DNA of 64,000 nt from Schizosaccharomyces osmophilus (taxonomy: Eukaryota), in contig NC_079238.1 in the NCBI RefSeq assembly GCF_027921745.1, positions 4,216,001 to 4,280,000 of the forward strand. Reading direction: 5' to 3'. The notes under the pieces are model-generated. The model worked only from the letters and a program-made list of their open reading frames with translations, did no database searches and was not told where the DNA came from. Of the stretch, positions 48,292 to 61,116 are shown in pieces. The translations under genes and the position numbers were made by a program. The number at the start of each line of letters is the position of its first letter. The stretch's first letter is position 1.

Positions 48292-48868
48292 TTTAGCTTG
48301 CCAATTGGTAATGAAGGACACTTAGCGGTCCAAGTTTTAGGTGTGGGTGTGGATGGAAAACCCCATTTATGCATTAGACTTCTACTGCCTAAAGTGAAGA
48401 GAGTTCAGCAATATTATATACCAACAAAGGTGAACATTTACGTTTCCTGAGATAGTAATTTAATTTATTAGAAGACCCAATTTTAGAGCATGATTCTGAA
48501 CGTTTATCGAAAATTGATCAGTCTCTCACTCTAGTTTTATACAAGAACAGCTTCTTATAATGATCAATTCCTGTTGTAATGGTAAATATTTTCTTTTAAT
48601 ATTATCTAATTTCATTAAGAGCGAATTGAAAAATTATACTAGCTACTCGCGACAATGCAAGTGCAAGGTAGAGAACTTCCAAAACTAATTTTATAATACA
48701 ACTAGGCAATCAAAAGACTATAAACAGTTAAAAATGTTCATTTCTTAAAGCAGTAGATAATAGCATGAATGTTGACATGTGAAAGTCCGATGCTGTTCCA
48801 AAAAAGCATAACAATGACTTCGTTTTCATTTGTATTAAAACTTCAGACATCACCCGAGGAAGAATCTT

Positions 48869-51800
48869 CTAAAGCTTTAACTTGATTTTCAAAGTTGGTC
48901 CTTTCGGCTTATTATTATTACTAGTATTATTAACAATGGGACTTGGATCGGGTATCTGAGGTGGTGTTTTTTCTTTGTTTTTCCCAATTTGTTTTAATGG
49001 CGCCTTTTTTATGACAATTTTACCCTGTAAAAAAAAGGTTAGTTCGGACACGTTTTTAATTCTAAAGACACTCACTTTTCCAAGATGGATGGCACGCAAG
49101 CGTGGTATAAGACTGGGAATCTTCAGTGTAACGATTACTGAAGATTTAGCTTTGTACAACACTCGACATATCATCAATAAATTTCGTTTGGTCATTAAAT
49201 CTATTTTAGGGTCACTAAAAGAGATTGTTAGTTCTCATCACGCTTAAAAAAATCCTTATAACGTACTTAATAGCTTTCCACATTTCGTCAGATAATACTC
49301 TGTTTTGCCCAACATCGTTTCGCAGTGCCTCAATGGCTCCAGATATACTCGCTCGAGATGTAATATCTATGCGTTTTTCAATAGCCTTCGTAATATCTTC
49401 TTCAACGATTAAATCGTCTGATGCAAAGTCTGTTTTGGCCCCACCTCGTGCTAAGCAACCAAATCCTTTCTGGATAGAATACATTAATGAGCGACGTACA
49501 GCAGGTGAAAGATCATTCACAAGTATGTAAAACATGTATTTGATTAGAGCATCATTTTTCAAAGCTCCGGATTGGAGCATCAAATCATATGCGACTGAGC
49601 GAACAGAGTTGTAATTGCTTTCCTGAGTATATGGAAATAGCTCCCTCGGGCCATAATTTAAATGAAAGGTTCTTCCCAAGCGAATTTTAGCTTCCAGGGC
49701 TTTAATCGTGATGATATTTTTATATGAGGGCATGCAAGCGTCAATGCGCATGTGTCGATCAATCTCGCTTATCGCCTGGTGAACAAACTCCATGTGCTCA
49801 GGATCGCTGAATGCATATTGAACCGTTTCACCTCTTGGAATAAGAGCATCAACTAGAGATTCAATCAATAGACAAATATAATGAGAGTCAGAGAACTCAT
49901 TATTAGCATTGTCGTTAAAGCAAAGTAAATCTAATAAAAGCTTCTTCACGGACGACGGGGTGACACCTTTACGATCACGAACATTCGCAAAAGCCTTAAC
50001 CATAGCACATTTTACATAATATTCAGAAATATTGGTGAAATCGTTGCTTTTCGGAATAGTTGAATTTTCAAAACAAAAACTTTCTAAAAACGCCGTGCGC
50101 AAATGATAATAACCAATCCAATCCAAGTCAGGTGCGGCACAATTAGCTAAAGCCTGAGCGGCTTCTTGACGTACTCCATAGTAATAACGGGTATCCAATA
50201 GAGTTCTAAGCAAGACCGTGGATACCTGGCGAGAAATCGTAAAGCTATTTCCCGTGAAATGTCTAATCGTCTCTAATTGCGCAACAACATCACGATCTTG
50301 TTGAATTTGGGAAACGAACATATGTTCAGGTTGGCGAACTCGTAGATCACATATCCACTCGAAATCAGCGTCAACACGGATCCATTCGAAAGCTTCAGTA
50401 GCCATGGTGTCTTCGTCCTCCTTCGTATAGTCATAAAGCTTCCATTTTTCAATATCTTCATCACTTTGAAGGACGTCACCCAAGCTTCTAATTACATAGT
50501 CAGAATCATCACCACCATGATCGCCGTTATCTTTGCGAACATTTTTCGTGGAACGATTACGACTAATCCTCTTGTACTTCGTATTATACTGTATATCAAG
50601 CTTTGTGAACGAGTCTTTCAGTTCGACAACATGTTCATAAGGGGTACCGTCGGCTTCATGAATACGGATAGTCATCGGTCCACTGAACACTGGAAGGCCA
50701 GAAGCAACCGGCTTATCGTTCAAATGTCTTATAGCGTCGGAAACAAAATTTTCTTCTGATGCAGGTATAGACGGATTTTCTTTAGTTTGAACTTGATCAA
50801 TACCCATTTCGATGATCATCTTTTTTCTATTAAACCTTTGGACAACGCGAAATATAGGATATCCATAACCAAAAATCCACTGCTGAGCAAATATATCTAA
50901 ACGCATATGACTAGCTTTCTCACACGTTTTGAGAAAATGAGAAGTACTTAGGCATCCGTTTAACATATGACCACTCATAACTTGAAGCAGCAGCTTAGGT
51001 ATCACTCTTGACATTCCTAAAGAACCACCAGTCTTTGTTAGACGGCGCTCAAGTATGTGGATTACAAGCGGAGCTTTCAATGCTATGAAATCTAAAGTGT
51101 TAGGATCAATTGGAAGAGTTAAATTAGGATGAGCTATAGGAGGACGACCAATGTCCAACTCTAGTAGCTTTAAAACATCCATTTTTAGCCGAAAACGATG
51201 ATCATTATTTCCCATCATCTTTTTCAAAAATAGACCCGTTATGAAATAGGATAAACCAAATATAAGCCATAAATCATCCCAAGCTTTAGGAATTAAATAT
51301 ACTCCTATCCACTGGCTAGCCAGCGCCCAGGTAAGTGTCTTTGTAGACTCATAAATATCATCTAAATTGTTTTTAGGAAATAAAAGAGAATTACTAGCAA
51401 TGACAAGGGATGGAGTAGAAATGATAGGATAATTCGTTTCATCGACAAAGCAAAGTTTGAACGCATTAAATGGGTAAGAGCCATACTCTCTCACGAAAAA
51501 GTCCATAGCTTTGTACATAAATACACAGCTGTTTTCAACTTCTTCAGCATATTTGGGAAGGTAATATCCAGCAATTTCGATAGCACTTGAACCCATTGCA
51601 TCATCATCTTCTGGTTCCCGAAAATCTGTTAAGTTTATATGTTTGAATGGGCCAGCTGAAAAAGCAATATAGTTTGGAGCAACTGGCGTAGAAACAGTAA
51701 AATATACAGTCTTTTTATGAGTAGCTTTTGGATGCGTAACCTGATCTACTAGATCACCACAGCAAATAACCTCCATATCATGATCTTCAGAAAAATCTGT

Positions 51801-52628
51801 TTCTGTAACAGAAGTATGTTGGTTGTGGTCAAAACCACCTTGCATATCATCATCCTCAGAAGCCTTTTGTGACAAAGATTCACTTGCAAATCCATTCAGT
51901 TGGTTACTAGAAGGCTTAGAGAGAGCTCCAAGAGTTTTAGGGATAGTAATTTCAAACTCCCAGGTGGAACGCTCCCATATACCATCGACGCAAGGAAGCC
52001 AGGATGATGTGCTATAAGGGGTTATAGAATTGTTGGTGTAAGTGTGAGGATAACGATGATCGATGGGATCAACGCCAACGAATGTTATGCCCGACGTAGG
52101 CTGGTGAACAGAGAATTCGACCGACACCAATACAGGTGCAGGTTCCTCTCCCTTTGATTTTGGTAAGAAGATTGATAAGCCTCCTAAATCATTCACAGTT
52201 GATTCAAGTTGAGAATTCAGCTGATGGTGATGGCTTACGTTACTACTTGGTTCCTGTATACGCAGCCGCCGTAAAGCATCATCGTAAACAAACTTGGCTG
52301 GTTCATTATTTATATAGCATGCGTGAATATCTGTTCCGTAATTAGCATTAAGGATTGGCAGGAATCAAAGGAATGAGAGTCTGTATCCAGACTCGTCCCT
52401 TCATTGTACACCTCGATACTTACCAGCTTGATAGCAGTCTAAAACGATTTTTTCTAACTCAGGATCAATGGGCATTATATTTATATCCGTTCTCCCATTT
52501 ATCGTTTGCGAACCAAAGTCAATGTCAATTGCAACTTTCTGATGACTTGTACAAACATTAGCATAATCCTACATAAAATATACATATATTATGAGCCCCC
52601 GCGCGGGAACATCCACCGATTGTGACAT
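48869..52628 (-). CDS. taf2: TFIID subunit Taf2 (M1-aminopeptidase-like fold), multi-exon
   Basis: KVAIDIDF in exon 2, WLPCVD..WERSTWEFEI, LASQWIG, FSGPMTIRIHEADG, EWIRVDADFEW and DRDVVAQLE. Confidence 0.93.
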
Positions 52629-53121
52629 CTTACGCTCTATAAATCTAACATATGGTGACTTTTCCAAGCATTCAGTACATCTTGTGGATGGCAGCTTTCT
52701 GGTTCCTGACAACAAGTGCGGATAGTGATGTGCAGTGAGTTGTATTGCACTGTGGGCTACTTGCAGTGAAAGAATTGGAGAGTTTGAGAAGGAAAAGTAA
52801 ATAAATGGCCTTTGCCAAGCTTGTCAATCAAAGCATTCGAAATTCGTATATTTAATTACTTATTGACGAAGAATTAACGTTTAACACGTTAAACACGAGG
52901 TTATGTAAAAAATTTAATTCCAAAATGAAATTCAAAAAGAAAACTACTATACACAATCTTGTACATCCTAATCCGTAAAGCAAATCATTCGTTAAATGCG
53001 ACATGGCTGGAAGAAGCAAAAATCTAGCTGGGACAATATTAAATATACCCACGCAATGGCTTCAAATACATGATTCAAAGAGGCAAGTGACCAGGTCTTT
53101 GCCATCTCAGCACTTTCTAGT

Positions 53122-55380
53122 TCACTTATTCCCATCTCGAAGCAACTCCAACACCACACTAATTGAGGTACCTACGAAATATAACATAAACAGTAGCGCA
53201 CCTAATTTGCGATCCATCTTGTAATTGTTGAATGGAACATAAGACAAGAGTAAAACTAGACAAGCTAGCAAGAAATACGCAGTGATTGAAAGAGATCTGG
53301 GAATTTCGATCCGACTCGCAGCTCCATGGTTCGAAATACTGTTATACAAACAAGCAAAGCCAAGACCTATTAGAATATTTAAAATCGGTCCTCCAAAAAC
53401 TCCGCCAATGGCCATTTCTGGAAATCCGGAACGAGAAACCATTATATCAGCAATAAAATCACTAAGGCTATTTCCAGCTGCAAAAACAGTCAACCCTAGG
53501 GCAGACTCATTCAATTTTAGTACAAAACCCAATGTCTTCAAAATGCCCACGATTTCGTTGGCTATTGCCGAAATCCAAAGAATGCCTAGAATAAAACCAA
53601 AAAAGCTAACCCAGGGCAAAAAACGAGGAGACTCCTCGGGTTTAGTGAACTTGTAAAGCATCAAAATGGCCACGAAAGACGCGATGCCACTACATGTTAG
53701 GGCATAGTACAGCTGAGTGTTATTAAATGTTAAAACGCAAAATGTTAGAGGAACAAATATGCACTGGAGGACTCGAAGAGGTCTACTCCATTTCATCGTT
53801 GTTTGGGTACACCCTTCTGCGGGGTATAGAGGATCCACCGGTTGCTGAGGACATTGGTATACGGGTAAAGTTAGTGTAAACACAAAAACAGAAGGAACAA
53901 TAATAATATCCAATGCTTGTTCATACCAAGCCTTTTTGTAAAAATTACGTAGAGTCGGGAAAAGCAGTTGAAGGAGGGATGAACGAGCTCCTAATGAGTC
54001 TGTTTCGTCCAAATAATTTAACAAACCACTATTTTCCGATAAGAATGACTGGGCACTCAAATTATTGTTATAAATATAATTAGGTCTACACTCGGTACCA
54101 CTTAAAGGGGTATTCATTCCAGAGGGAGTATATTTGCCTAAAGCTTGATGAGCATGCAAATGGTCCAAAGACAAATCACCATCAGCTATGGCGCCGTGAG
54201 TAGAAGGATAATTTTCTAATGCAGAATGCAATTCCAGGGCACCAATGAAAGACGGACGAATTGTAGGACCAGGTGAGGGGGGACATATGGGTTCCACTGA
54301 AGCGGTGGGTTTTGAAAAGTAGGAAACATCATCATCACTCGGCAAGGATAATTTTCGAAAGTCGTTATTTTCTATCAGAGAAGGAGAGGGGCTATAACTT
54401 GGATTTGATGATTTCTTCGTATGTGCTTTCAAGCGTGAAGCGACGGTCAGCAAATCATCATTGTACGAATTGAACGTGGGACAATGACTGATAACAGGGG
54501 AATAGGCAGGTAATGCCAAATGGGGAGCGTCGGTGGTGGTGTAAAATTCTTTGGAATTACTGGAAAAGAACACAAATAAGACGTAGAATAAATAATAGCT
54601 TATCATGACAAAGCTCTGCCACAAGCACAAACTGCCATCACGCATCAAAAAGAAAATCAGCAAAATCACGGTGCCGGCGAAAAAGCTTACATCTCTAATG
54701 AAATGGTGCTTACATATTTGGAAAGGGCAGATAAGGCAAATGCTACCAGCGACAATCGCGACAATGAAGAAGGCAGATCCCAAAAGTTCACCTAATGCAA
54801 GACCACCACTTTGGACGCGGACGGCAGCAAACGTGCTTAACACATCAGGTGAGCCATTTCCAAGAGCCAAAAAGGTAACACCAACAACGGCGTCGGATAA
54901 CTGTAGGAGTGAGGAAATGGTAACAAGGTTTGTGGTAAAAAAGTCACTGGCGGATACACCAATGCTGGTGAATAATATTCCTAGCCAAATTACTATGATA
55001 GTCAAACCAAGTCGAGGAAATCGGTGAAATGAACAGTAGTAGAGCTCTGGATAATTGATGTAGCCACTAGTTTCATCCCAACAAAATTGTTTGGCGAAAC
55101 GGCATTGTTCTTGAGGTTCAACAAAACGCACATCACTGCAACTCAGGTTTTCCTGGCGTTTACCTGGGGAACTATCAAAACGTTTAAATAAATGTTGAAT
55201 AGGGGGATCGGGATTATACGAATGTTTGTCATTTTCACTTATGCGATGCATCCATGTGTAAAGGCATATTGCGCTGACAAGACCCCATATAAGCAACGGT
55301 TTATACCGTCTTACAGATTGTGAAACACTACTAAAGAGTTTCCGCTTGTATTGCCCCTTGTAGTCATTTTGAATAATCAT
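53122..55380 (-). CDS. Cation/Ca2+ exchanger (NCKX/CCX family)
   Basis: Two alpha-repeats, GVTFLALGNGSPD and GLTVFAAGNSLSD, plus many TM helices. Confidence 0.9.
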   Translation of the reverse strand: MIIQNDYKGQYKRKLFSSVSQSVRRYKPLLIWGLVSAICLYTWMHRISENDKHSYNPDPPIQHLFKRFDSSPGKRQENLSCSDVRFVEPQEQCRFAKQFCWDETSGYINYPELYYCSFHRFPRLGLTIIVIWLGILFTSIGVSASDFFTTNLVTISSLLQLSDAVVGVTFLALGNGSPDVLSTFAAVRVQSGGLALGELLGSAFFIVAIVAGSICLICPFQICKHHFIRDVSFFAGTVILLIFFLMRDGSLCLWQSFVMISYYLFYVLFVFFSSNSKEFYTTTDAPHLALPAYSPVISHCPTFNSYNDDLLTVASRLKAHTKKSSNPSYSPSPSLIENNDFRKLSLPSDDDVSYFSKPTASVEPICPPSPGPTIRPSFIGALELHSALENYPSTHGAIADGDLSLDHLHAHQALGKYTPSGMNTPLSGTECRPNYIYNNNLSAQSFLSENSGLLNYLDETDSLGARSSLLQLLFPTLRNFYKKAWYEQALDIIIVPSVFVFTLTLPVYQCPQQPVDPLYPAEGCTQTTMKWSRPLRVLQCIFVPLTFCVLTFNNTQLYYALTCSGIASFVAILMLYKFTKPEESPRFLPWVSFFGFILGILWISAIANEIVGILKTLGFVLKLNESALGLTVFAAGNSLSDFIADIMVSRSGFPEMAIGGVFGGPILNILIGLGFACLYNSISNHGAASRIEIPRSLSITAYFLLACLVLLLSYVPFNNYKMDRKLGALLFMLYFVGTSISVVLELLRDGNK

Positions 55381-55697
55381 CACAAGTCAGGGACTTTAGA
55401 TTCATAAGTGAAAAGGGTGGGAACGACAAATTAAAATACGGTGTGAAATAGCTAGAAAGTTCAAGACCACGTAGGATTTCTGAAGTAATAGGTAAGGCTT
55501 GGGCTGTTACGTAGAGTAAACATAAAGATTATACATACTGAGCTCATTGCTTTATAGTAAACAAACATACATTAGTGCACTGCGGTATTCATAATTAGCG
55601 TAGAAACCACAAGACGAGAAAGGAGAAGGAATTTTGCTCGGAATAGTTGAGGAAATTTAAAAGTAAATTATCTTATTTGAAAGGGAAAGACCTCGGT

Positions 55698-56022
55698 TTA
55701 GGATTTTGCCAGATCGTAATATACGGATCCATCTAAACCATTGGCGCCTTTAGGGTAAGCACCTTTCAAGGGCTTTACTTTGTTGGAAACATAAGGAAGA
55801 AGCTTGAAAATGGTTAGTAAAAGTAGTATCTATTAACATACATACGTCGCAATTGCCGGCCGGGGGGACAAATGTACGGACACGCGTCCATTCAACAGAG
55901 AAACCACCTTTGTTTGTAATTTGACCCATTTTCCCGGTTCTTGTACCTCGATAGTATTGGTGACCCATCTTCGTGGTCATTTGAAGGCGTCTAGCACCTG
56001 AACAGATCGTTGAAGGCTGCAT
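55698..56022 (-). CDS. mrpl27: Mitochondrial ribosomal protein mL41 (MrpL27), 2 exons (56022-55846, 55802-55698)
   Basis: RRLQMTTKMG..YYRGTRTG..G...VRTFVPP/LLPYVS, with a GTATGT...AAG intron. Confidence 0.88.
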
Positions 56023-56773
56023 TTTTTGAGTCCCTTGTGTGGAGGAAAAGGGTAAGTAAGAGAATGCGACCGGCGTGCTGGACTGAGGGAGCAGTGAAGA
56101 ACATGTACCTTAAGCGAAGGTAACAGGATATAAACAAAAGAGATTTCCAATTGTTTTCTTTCCTGTATTAAGAGACATTTATAGATTATATTATAAGTGA
56201 AAAAAAGATATGAAGGAATCAATATGCATACAATGGGAAATAAGTTTGTCGGGTGTTTATCACCCATAAGGTAAAGCTTTACTATGAGAAACGACGCGCA
56301 TGTCAGAGAGGAAGACCAAAAAATAAAAAAGAATTAATTGAGTGAAAGCTAAAGGTCTTACATCGGATGATTTACTTCCCTGCTTAACAGATCCAAAATA
56401 AACCCAGAAACGCTATGCAACCTCGTAACGCAATCTTGTGAAGAAAGAAACTAGTAAGTATGTAATTTTTTTTAAATTTTTAAAAAAAAAAAATTACAAA
56501 TTTACAAATTAGAAGAATGAATCCTTTTCTCTCTTGTACTGTCATCATCTTCTGCTTTTTTTTTTTTTTTGTGTAAATAAATAATAAACAACGATAAACA
56601 TTTCCGTTCACAATGCATATATTGCGATTTTTTTTGGTACGGTAGTCTTCGTCTATTGTGGTTAATGCGTTAAACGGAAGCCCAACGAGAGCTTACTCAG
56701 AGAACGAAAACAACCATCTTCTCTAGCGACTACAAAAATTTCGTTTTAAAAGCATTGGACATTTCCATTGAGG

Positions 56774-57253
56774 ATGAATCAACCCGAACGTTATGAGCTC
56801 ATTGAGCTCATGGGATTGCCCAAGTAAGCACTTGAATGGAATCCCTGCCACGAAGTTTACTAACAATGGCAAAGAGTCACTTATAATTTAGACAGTAAAT
56901 CCCCAAATGCTGCCGTTATAACGATTGAGAAAGAAGATCACTCCTTGGCAAACATGTTGGCACAGTAAGCTCTTTAAACTCTGATTGATTGTGTCGTGTT
57001 TAGCAACTAATCACCCATTAGACAATTATTGACAGATGAACGGGTGCTTTTTGCAGGATACAAGGTTCCCCATCCTTTAAATCATAATTTTATCTTGAGA
57101 GTACAAACCACCGAAGAATGTACTCCGAAACAGGCAATTGTTGACGCAGCCAAGGCGCTCATCACCCACCTGGAAGAAATTAAAGTGAACTTTATGAGGG
57201 AATGGGAACTTAAGATGATTTCTGTAGAAGGAGTGGAAATGGAGTTTTCTTAA
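56774..57253 (+). CDS. rpb11: RNA polymerase II subunit Rpb11, 3 exons
   Basis: MNQPERYEL.../SKSPNAAVITIEKEDHSLANML/...VLFAGYKVPHPL. Confidence 0.95.
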
Positions 57254-57957
57254 AAAAAGTAAATATGCTGATTTTATGCTGTGAACGCGTTCTTCCTACC
57301 TATACAAAGCCCATAGAGGGCATGTTGCCAGATCACCACCACAGAAGGCGATTTCTTTAATGTTGCAATTAAATGACAGTTGGCTAAAAGACAGAAAAGA
57401 AATTTAAATGTATGGGGAAGTTTTTAATGGTGCATGGCCCGCTCATTCGTATTTTCTCCCTCTTGAATATGTTTACCATATCTTACCACTGAAATAATGA
57501 TAACTTCCTTCTGGCAATGACTCCTTTCTATGCAATACCCTTTTCTTCATTCAGAGTCGCTTAGCAACTCGAACGCTTCATTTCGTTCATCTTGTCTTTA
57601 TAGAAAAAAAAACTTTTTTGATTCCTTGGTTTAACTGGTTAATATATTAAAAATAGAATCAGAATGTAATAACAAAATATGTGAATGCTCATTGCAAGAT
57701 GGCTCTACCTTTTACTAAAAAGCAATACTTTGAACTCGAATATCATTTGACTTCTGCTCAAATAGAAAAGAACTAAAAGTAAATCAATTCATCGCATTCT
57801 TTATAAACCAACAGTAAAACTCCAATGCAGCTTTGTTTTAGATATAGAGTACAATAGTATTATGTCAGTCATAACGTACCAACTCAGTACATATGCTGAA
57901 CTAGCTGTACGGAAAAAAACCCTATTCGAAGAATATCGATAAAAAGAATTAAAATTT

Positions 57958-58605
57958 ATGTCTCTCCTAGGTCTAAGTAATAAAACTTTGCTTACTGCCG
58001 CAGCTGGCGGACTGTCTGCTGGTGCCTTTTTGTCATGGTTCTGGTCCAGTGATGCTTACCTAGCGCATCGCAGGTTGCCTGCGAATGCCCAAATGATAGC
58101 AAAACTCACAAATTCTCCAACGGCCGTTCAAATGGTGCAAAACTTGCATTCCAAACGAGAGCGCGAGATACGTTTACAGGAACATCCTTCGCTATTTCGG
58201 TCTCAATATCCATCTAACTTTCTAAACTTCAGGGACGGTATCTTGCCTCTATTCAAAACTTACTATGATTCCGAGAACCGTGAATGGATTAGTATTGGAA
58301 TTATGGGAAACGCACTAACTGGTTATCAAAAATTGCAACATGGCGGAGCTATAGCAACCGTGCTCATTGAATGCCTGCAAACTGTTAAAAACCTAGAATC
58401 TGATAGAAAAGGTTCATTGCGAGGTGAGCCTCAAGATCCCATTTTGACTGAAACCTTTGATGTTCATACTCCCTCTTACAGTATAGGTTACAAAAAGCCA
58501 GTCCCTGCGGGCGATTGGGTATTAATTCGAGTGAATTCAGGTAAAGCAAGGCTCTACAATTCCAAGAACCAACTGTTAGCTGAAGCATGCGATTTACAAG
58601 CATGA
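57958..58605 (+). CDS. Hotdog-fold acyl-CoA thioesterase-like protein
   Basis: GNALTGYQKLQHGGAIATVL motif, YKKPVP strand and a hydrophobic N-terminus. Confidence 0.7.
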   Translation: MSLLGLSNKTLLTAAAGGLSAGAFLSWFWSSDAYLAHRRLPANAQMIAKLTNSPTAVQMVQNLHSKREREIRLQEHPSLFRSQYPSNFLNFRDGILPLFKTYYDSENREWISIGIMGNALTGYQKLQHGGAIATVLIECLQTVKNLESDRKGSLRGEPQDPILTETFDVHTPSYSIGYKKPVPAGDWVLIRVNSGKARLYNSKNQLLAEACDLQA

Positions 58606-58982
58606 GATTTAGTCGAAGTTGCTTGATTTTGTAACAAACATCCAATGTTATGATGATGTGTTTTTTAATGAAGTTTTTCGTCCATTCTTTTTGTTTTGTT
58701 TTCTACATTCGCTCTAGCGGTTCTAATTAAACATATAAATTCTTATTCGTTACATAATATATTTTCGAAATCAATCTGTAGGAATTATATTCATTATTAT
58801 ATCGTGGACATTTAGAGCAATCAAAATATTTTCAGGCCTTCCATTTATTGTACAAGGTTGCTGGTTGCAAAATAATTAGGTGAAATAAAGATTAGCATTA
58901 ATTGCAAAAGGGCACCCGTCGTCATCAATGAAAGGCTTATATGATTAATAAAGGATGGTCTCTTAAAACATATTCGTTGGTA

Positions 58983-59855
58983 TTAATACCAGAAAGCGCG
59001 AAGAGCTTCACGATGAATATCAGGTGCAAAATCTTTGAACAGTTGAAGAAGAAACTCTCGAGCCTTTTCTGTAGAATAAGATGCAAATTTAACAATAGTA
59101 ACTGAGCGAAGCTCGCAGGCAGTCCAAAAAGCATTAGGCTGCTCATGTAAGCTAATGGTTTTTCCCATGCGGCTTTCCACATTTTTATAATACTCTAGAA
59201 TTCCTTTTTTCGTTGCTTCAAACTTTGGTCCTACAAGGTACAGACTGCCAACACATTCAAAGTTGTTCATCCGGTCAGCTTTACTGCCAATATGGAGACC
59301 TGGTTCATTTATCAGCTGTAGCGTATCTCGCAAAAGAACAAAAAATTTGCTTTTATCATCAAGTCCACTTTTAATGATATTCTTGGAGGTGTAAGACTTC
59401 ATCGACCAGCGTTCTCCCATATGACTTCGACCCTGAAGAGTCCAATCCAATAGTGCCAGTGAAGAACTACTATCCTCTAGGGTAAAGTTTTGTATTTGCA
59501 TGTAATTACTAGATCCAAATGGTTGAACAGGGTCTTGTAGCAATAGACAAGTGGCATTCGATGCAATGTGTACGTCCATAAGTTGACGCGTAATTTTCCC
59601 TACTCGGGTCTCCTTGTAAACTTTGGTACTTCCCTGGGTCTGAATACATAACGTGGCATCTTTTCCTACATGGATCTTCAAAGCTACCTGGTCTCCCGAT
59701 ACAAGCCCACCTCCATAACTCAAAATGTAAAGAATTGCAAAATCCAATTTTGTGTTCACGGAGAGTAATTTTAAAGGATACTTACAAAACATGTGAGTCA
59801 CATAATGAACATTATTGATGCATTCTATCCGAAATTCACCTTCTTTCGAAGCCAT
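58983..59855 (-). CDS. ure4: Urease accessory protein UreD
   Basis: KYPLKL, YGGGLVSGD, TQGSTKVYK, DPVQPF and GR...ERW. First ATG at 59855. Confidence 0.92.
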   Translation of the reverse strand: MASKEGEFRIECINNVHYVTHMFCKYPLKLLSVNTKLDFAILYILSYGGGLVSGDQVALKIHVGKDATLCIQTQGSTKVYKETRVGKITRQLMDVHIASNATCLLLQDPVQPFGSSNYMQIQNFTLEDSSSSLALLDWTLQGRSHMGERWSMKSYTSKNIIKSGLDDKSKFFVLLRDTLQLINEPGLHIGSKADRMNNFECVGSLYLVGPKFEATKKGILEYYKNVESRMGKTISLHEQPNAFWTACELRSVTIVKFASYSTEKAREFLLQLFKDFAPDIHREALRAFWY

Positions 59856-60994
59856 TTCTGGTTTAAGGCGAACTTTTGAGGAAAGCAAGTGCTAAGAATT
59901 TCGTTATCAAAGGCTGAATCAGAGAAGCTTTTTTATAAATTTCAGATTTCAAAACCGAAACCATTTTTCTGTTAAAATTGAATGGTACGAATTATCTTGT
60001 TGAGCATGATGGTTTGGTGAATGATAGCGGCGAAGCATAAAGTGCGTGCTTTTTTTGTTAATCTTCATTTGAACATTTTTTTATTGCAAGTTTTATTTAC
60101 TTTCTACATCTTATGCGATGGATGATTAGCACTAAAATCCATTGTTTACCATGACAGAAAATGATCCGAATTCTTTCACGTAGAAACATCAGTATGATCC
60201 AGAACAGCATATTCAGCAACTTTCAATGTTGGTCAAAAAGTGCTAAACTTTCCCTTTTTACTTGGTGACTTGTTTGCTTTCAGTGTGACTGAACTAAAAG
60301 GGTTGCGGCGAGGAGAAATCGAAGTCTCAAAATATAGAAATAATAGGTATAAGTGACACAGGCAAAGTCCAGAGAAAAGAACTCAATAAGCCCCATAAAT
60401 CAGAACGCAAAGTAGGACCTATGAAGATGGTCAAAGTTCCAATGACAGTCTATTGTTCTGATGGTTCAGTCAAGGATGAAGCCTCGTTGATCCAGTTGAA
60501 GGCTATTTTTCTACACTCCAAAAGTCATTTGTCGAAACCCAACGAAAACGAAGAGTAAGGCTTGCTGTTGTCTTGATAAACAATGTTTGGAATAATAATT
60601 CGAATGTGAAACGTTTGCGATTTTGACGGCATGTATTCAAAAAACATGTAATAAAAAACTTCAATTGCCTCTATAAAGAGCTATTTACGTTTACTCTCAT
60701 TCATTTTCTTCGTTGGTAGTAGGAATTAGCACTTGGATTGTTATTTGCTATTGTTACATACCAGATAATTTGTCAACTTGAGCAGAGCTCTTAATGAAGA
60801 TATCTTTCGAGCTGAAAATCTCACTTGATTAATGATATGTTAAAGACCATTCGAGTTAGTTTTTTTGTTTGAAACTGATTTCGACAAATTGTACTTTAGC
60901 TTTTTCAGTGACTTTATAGACCATAGCAATCAGTAAGACTTTCTTCCTGAAACCAGTATTTTTTTTAACACAACTGTCGATGTAAAGATTCTGC

Positions 60995-61116
60995 CATTAC
61001 GGCCATACCTAGGCGAAATTACCAGTTCCCGTCCGATCACTGCAGTCGTGCGTTTGAGGAGGGCCTCGTTTGTACTATGGTTGGAGACAACATGGGAATC
61101 CGGGGTGCTGTAGGCT
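60995..61116 (+). rRNA. Dispersed 5S rDNA copy, diverged (possibly a pseudogene)
   Basis: TACGGCCATACCTAGGCGAAA..ACCAGTTCCCGTCCGATCACTGCAGT...GGGCCTCGTT.GTACTATGGTTGGAGACAACATGGGAATCCGGGGTGCTGTAGGCT matches fission-yeast 5S rRNA as recalled, with several changes and a ~3-nt insertion. Confidence 0.9.
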
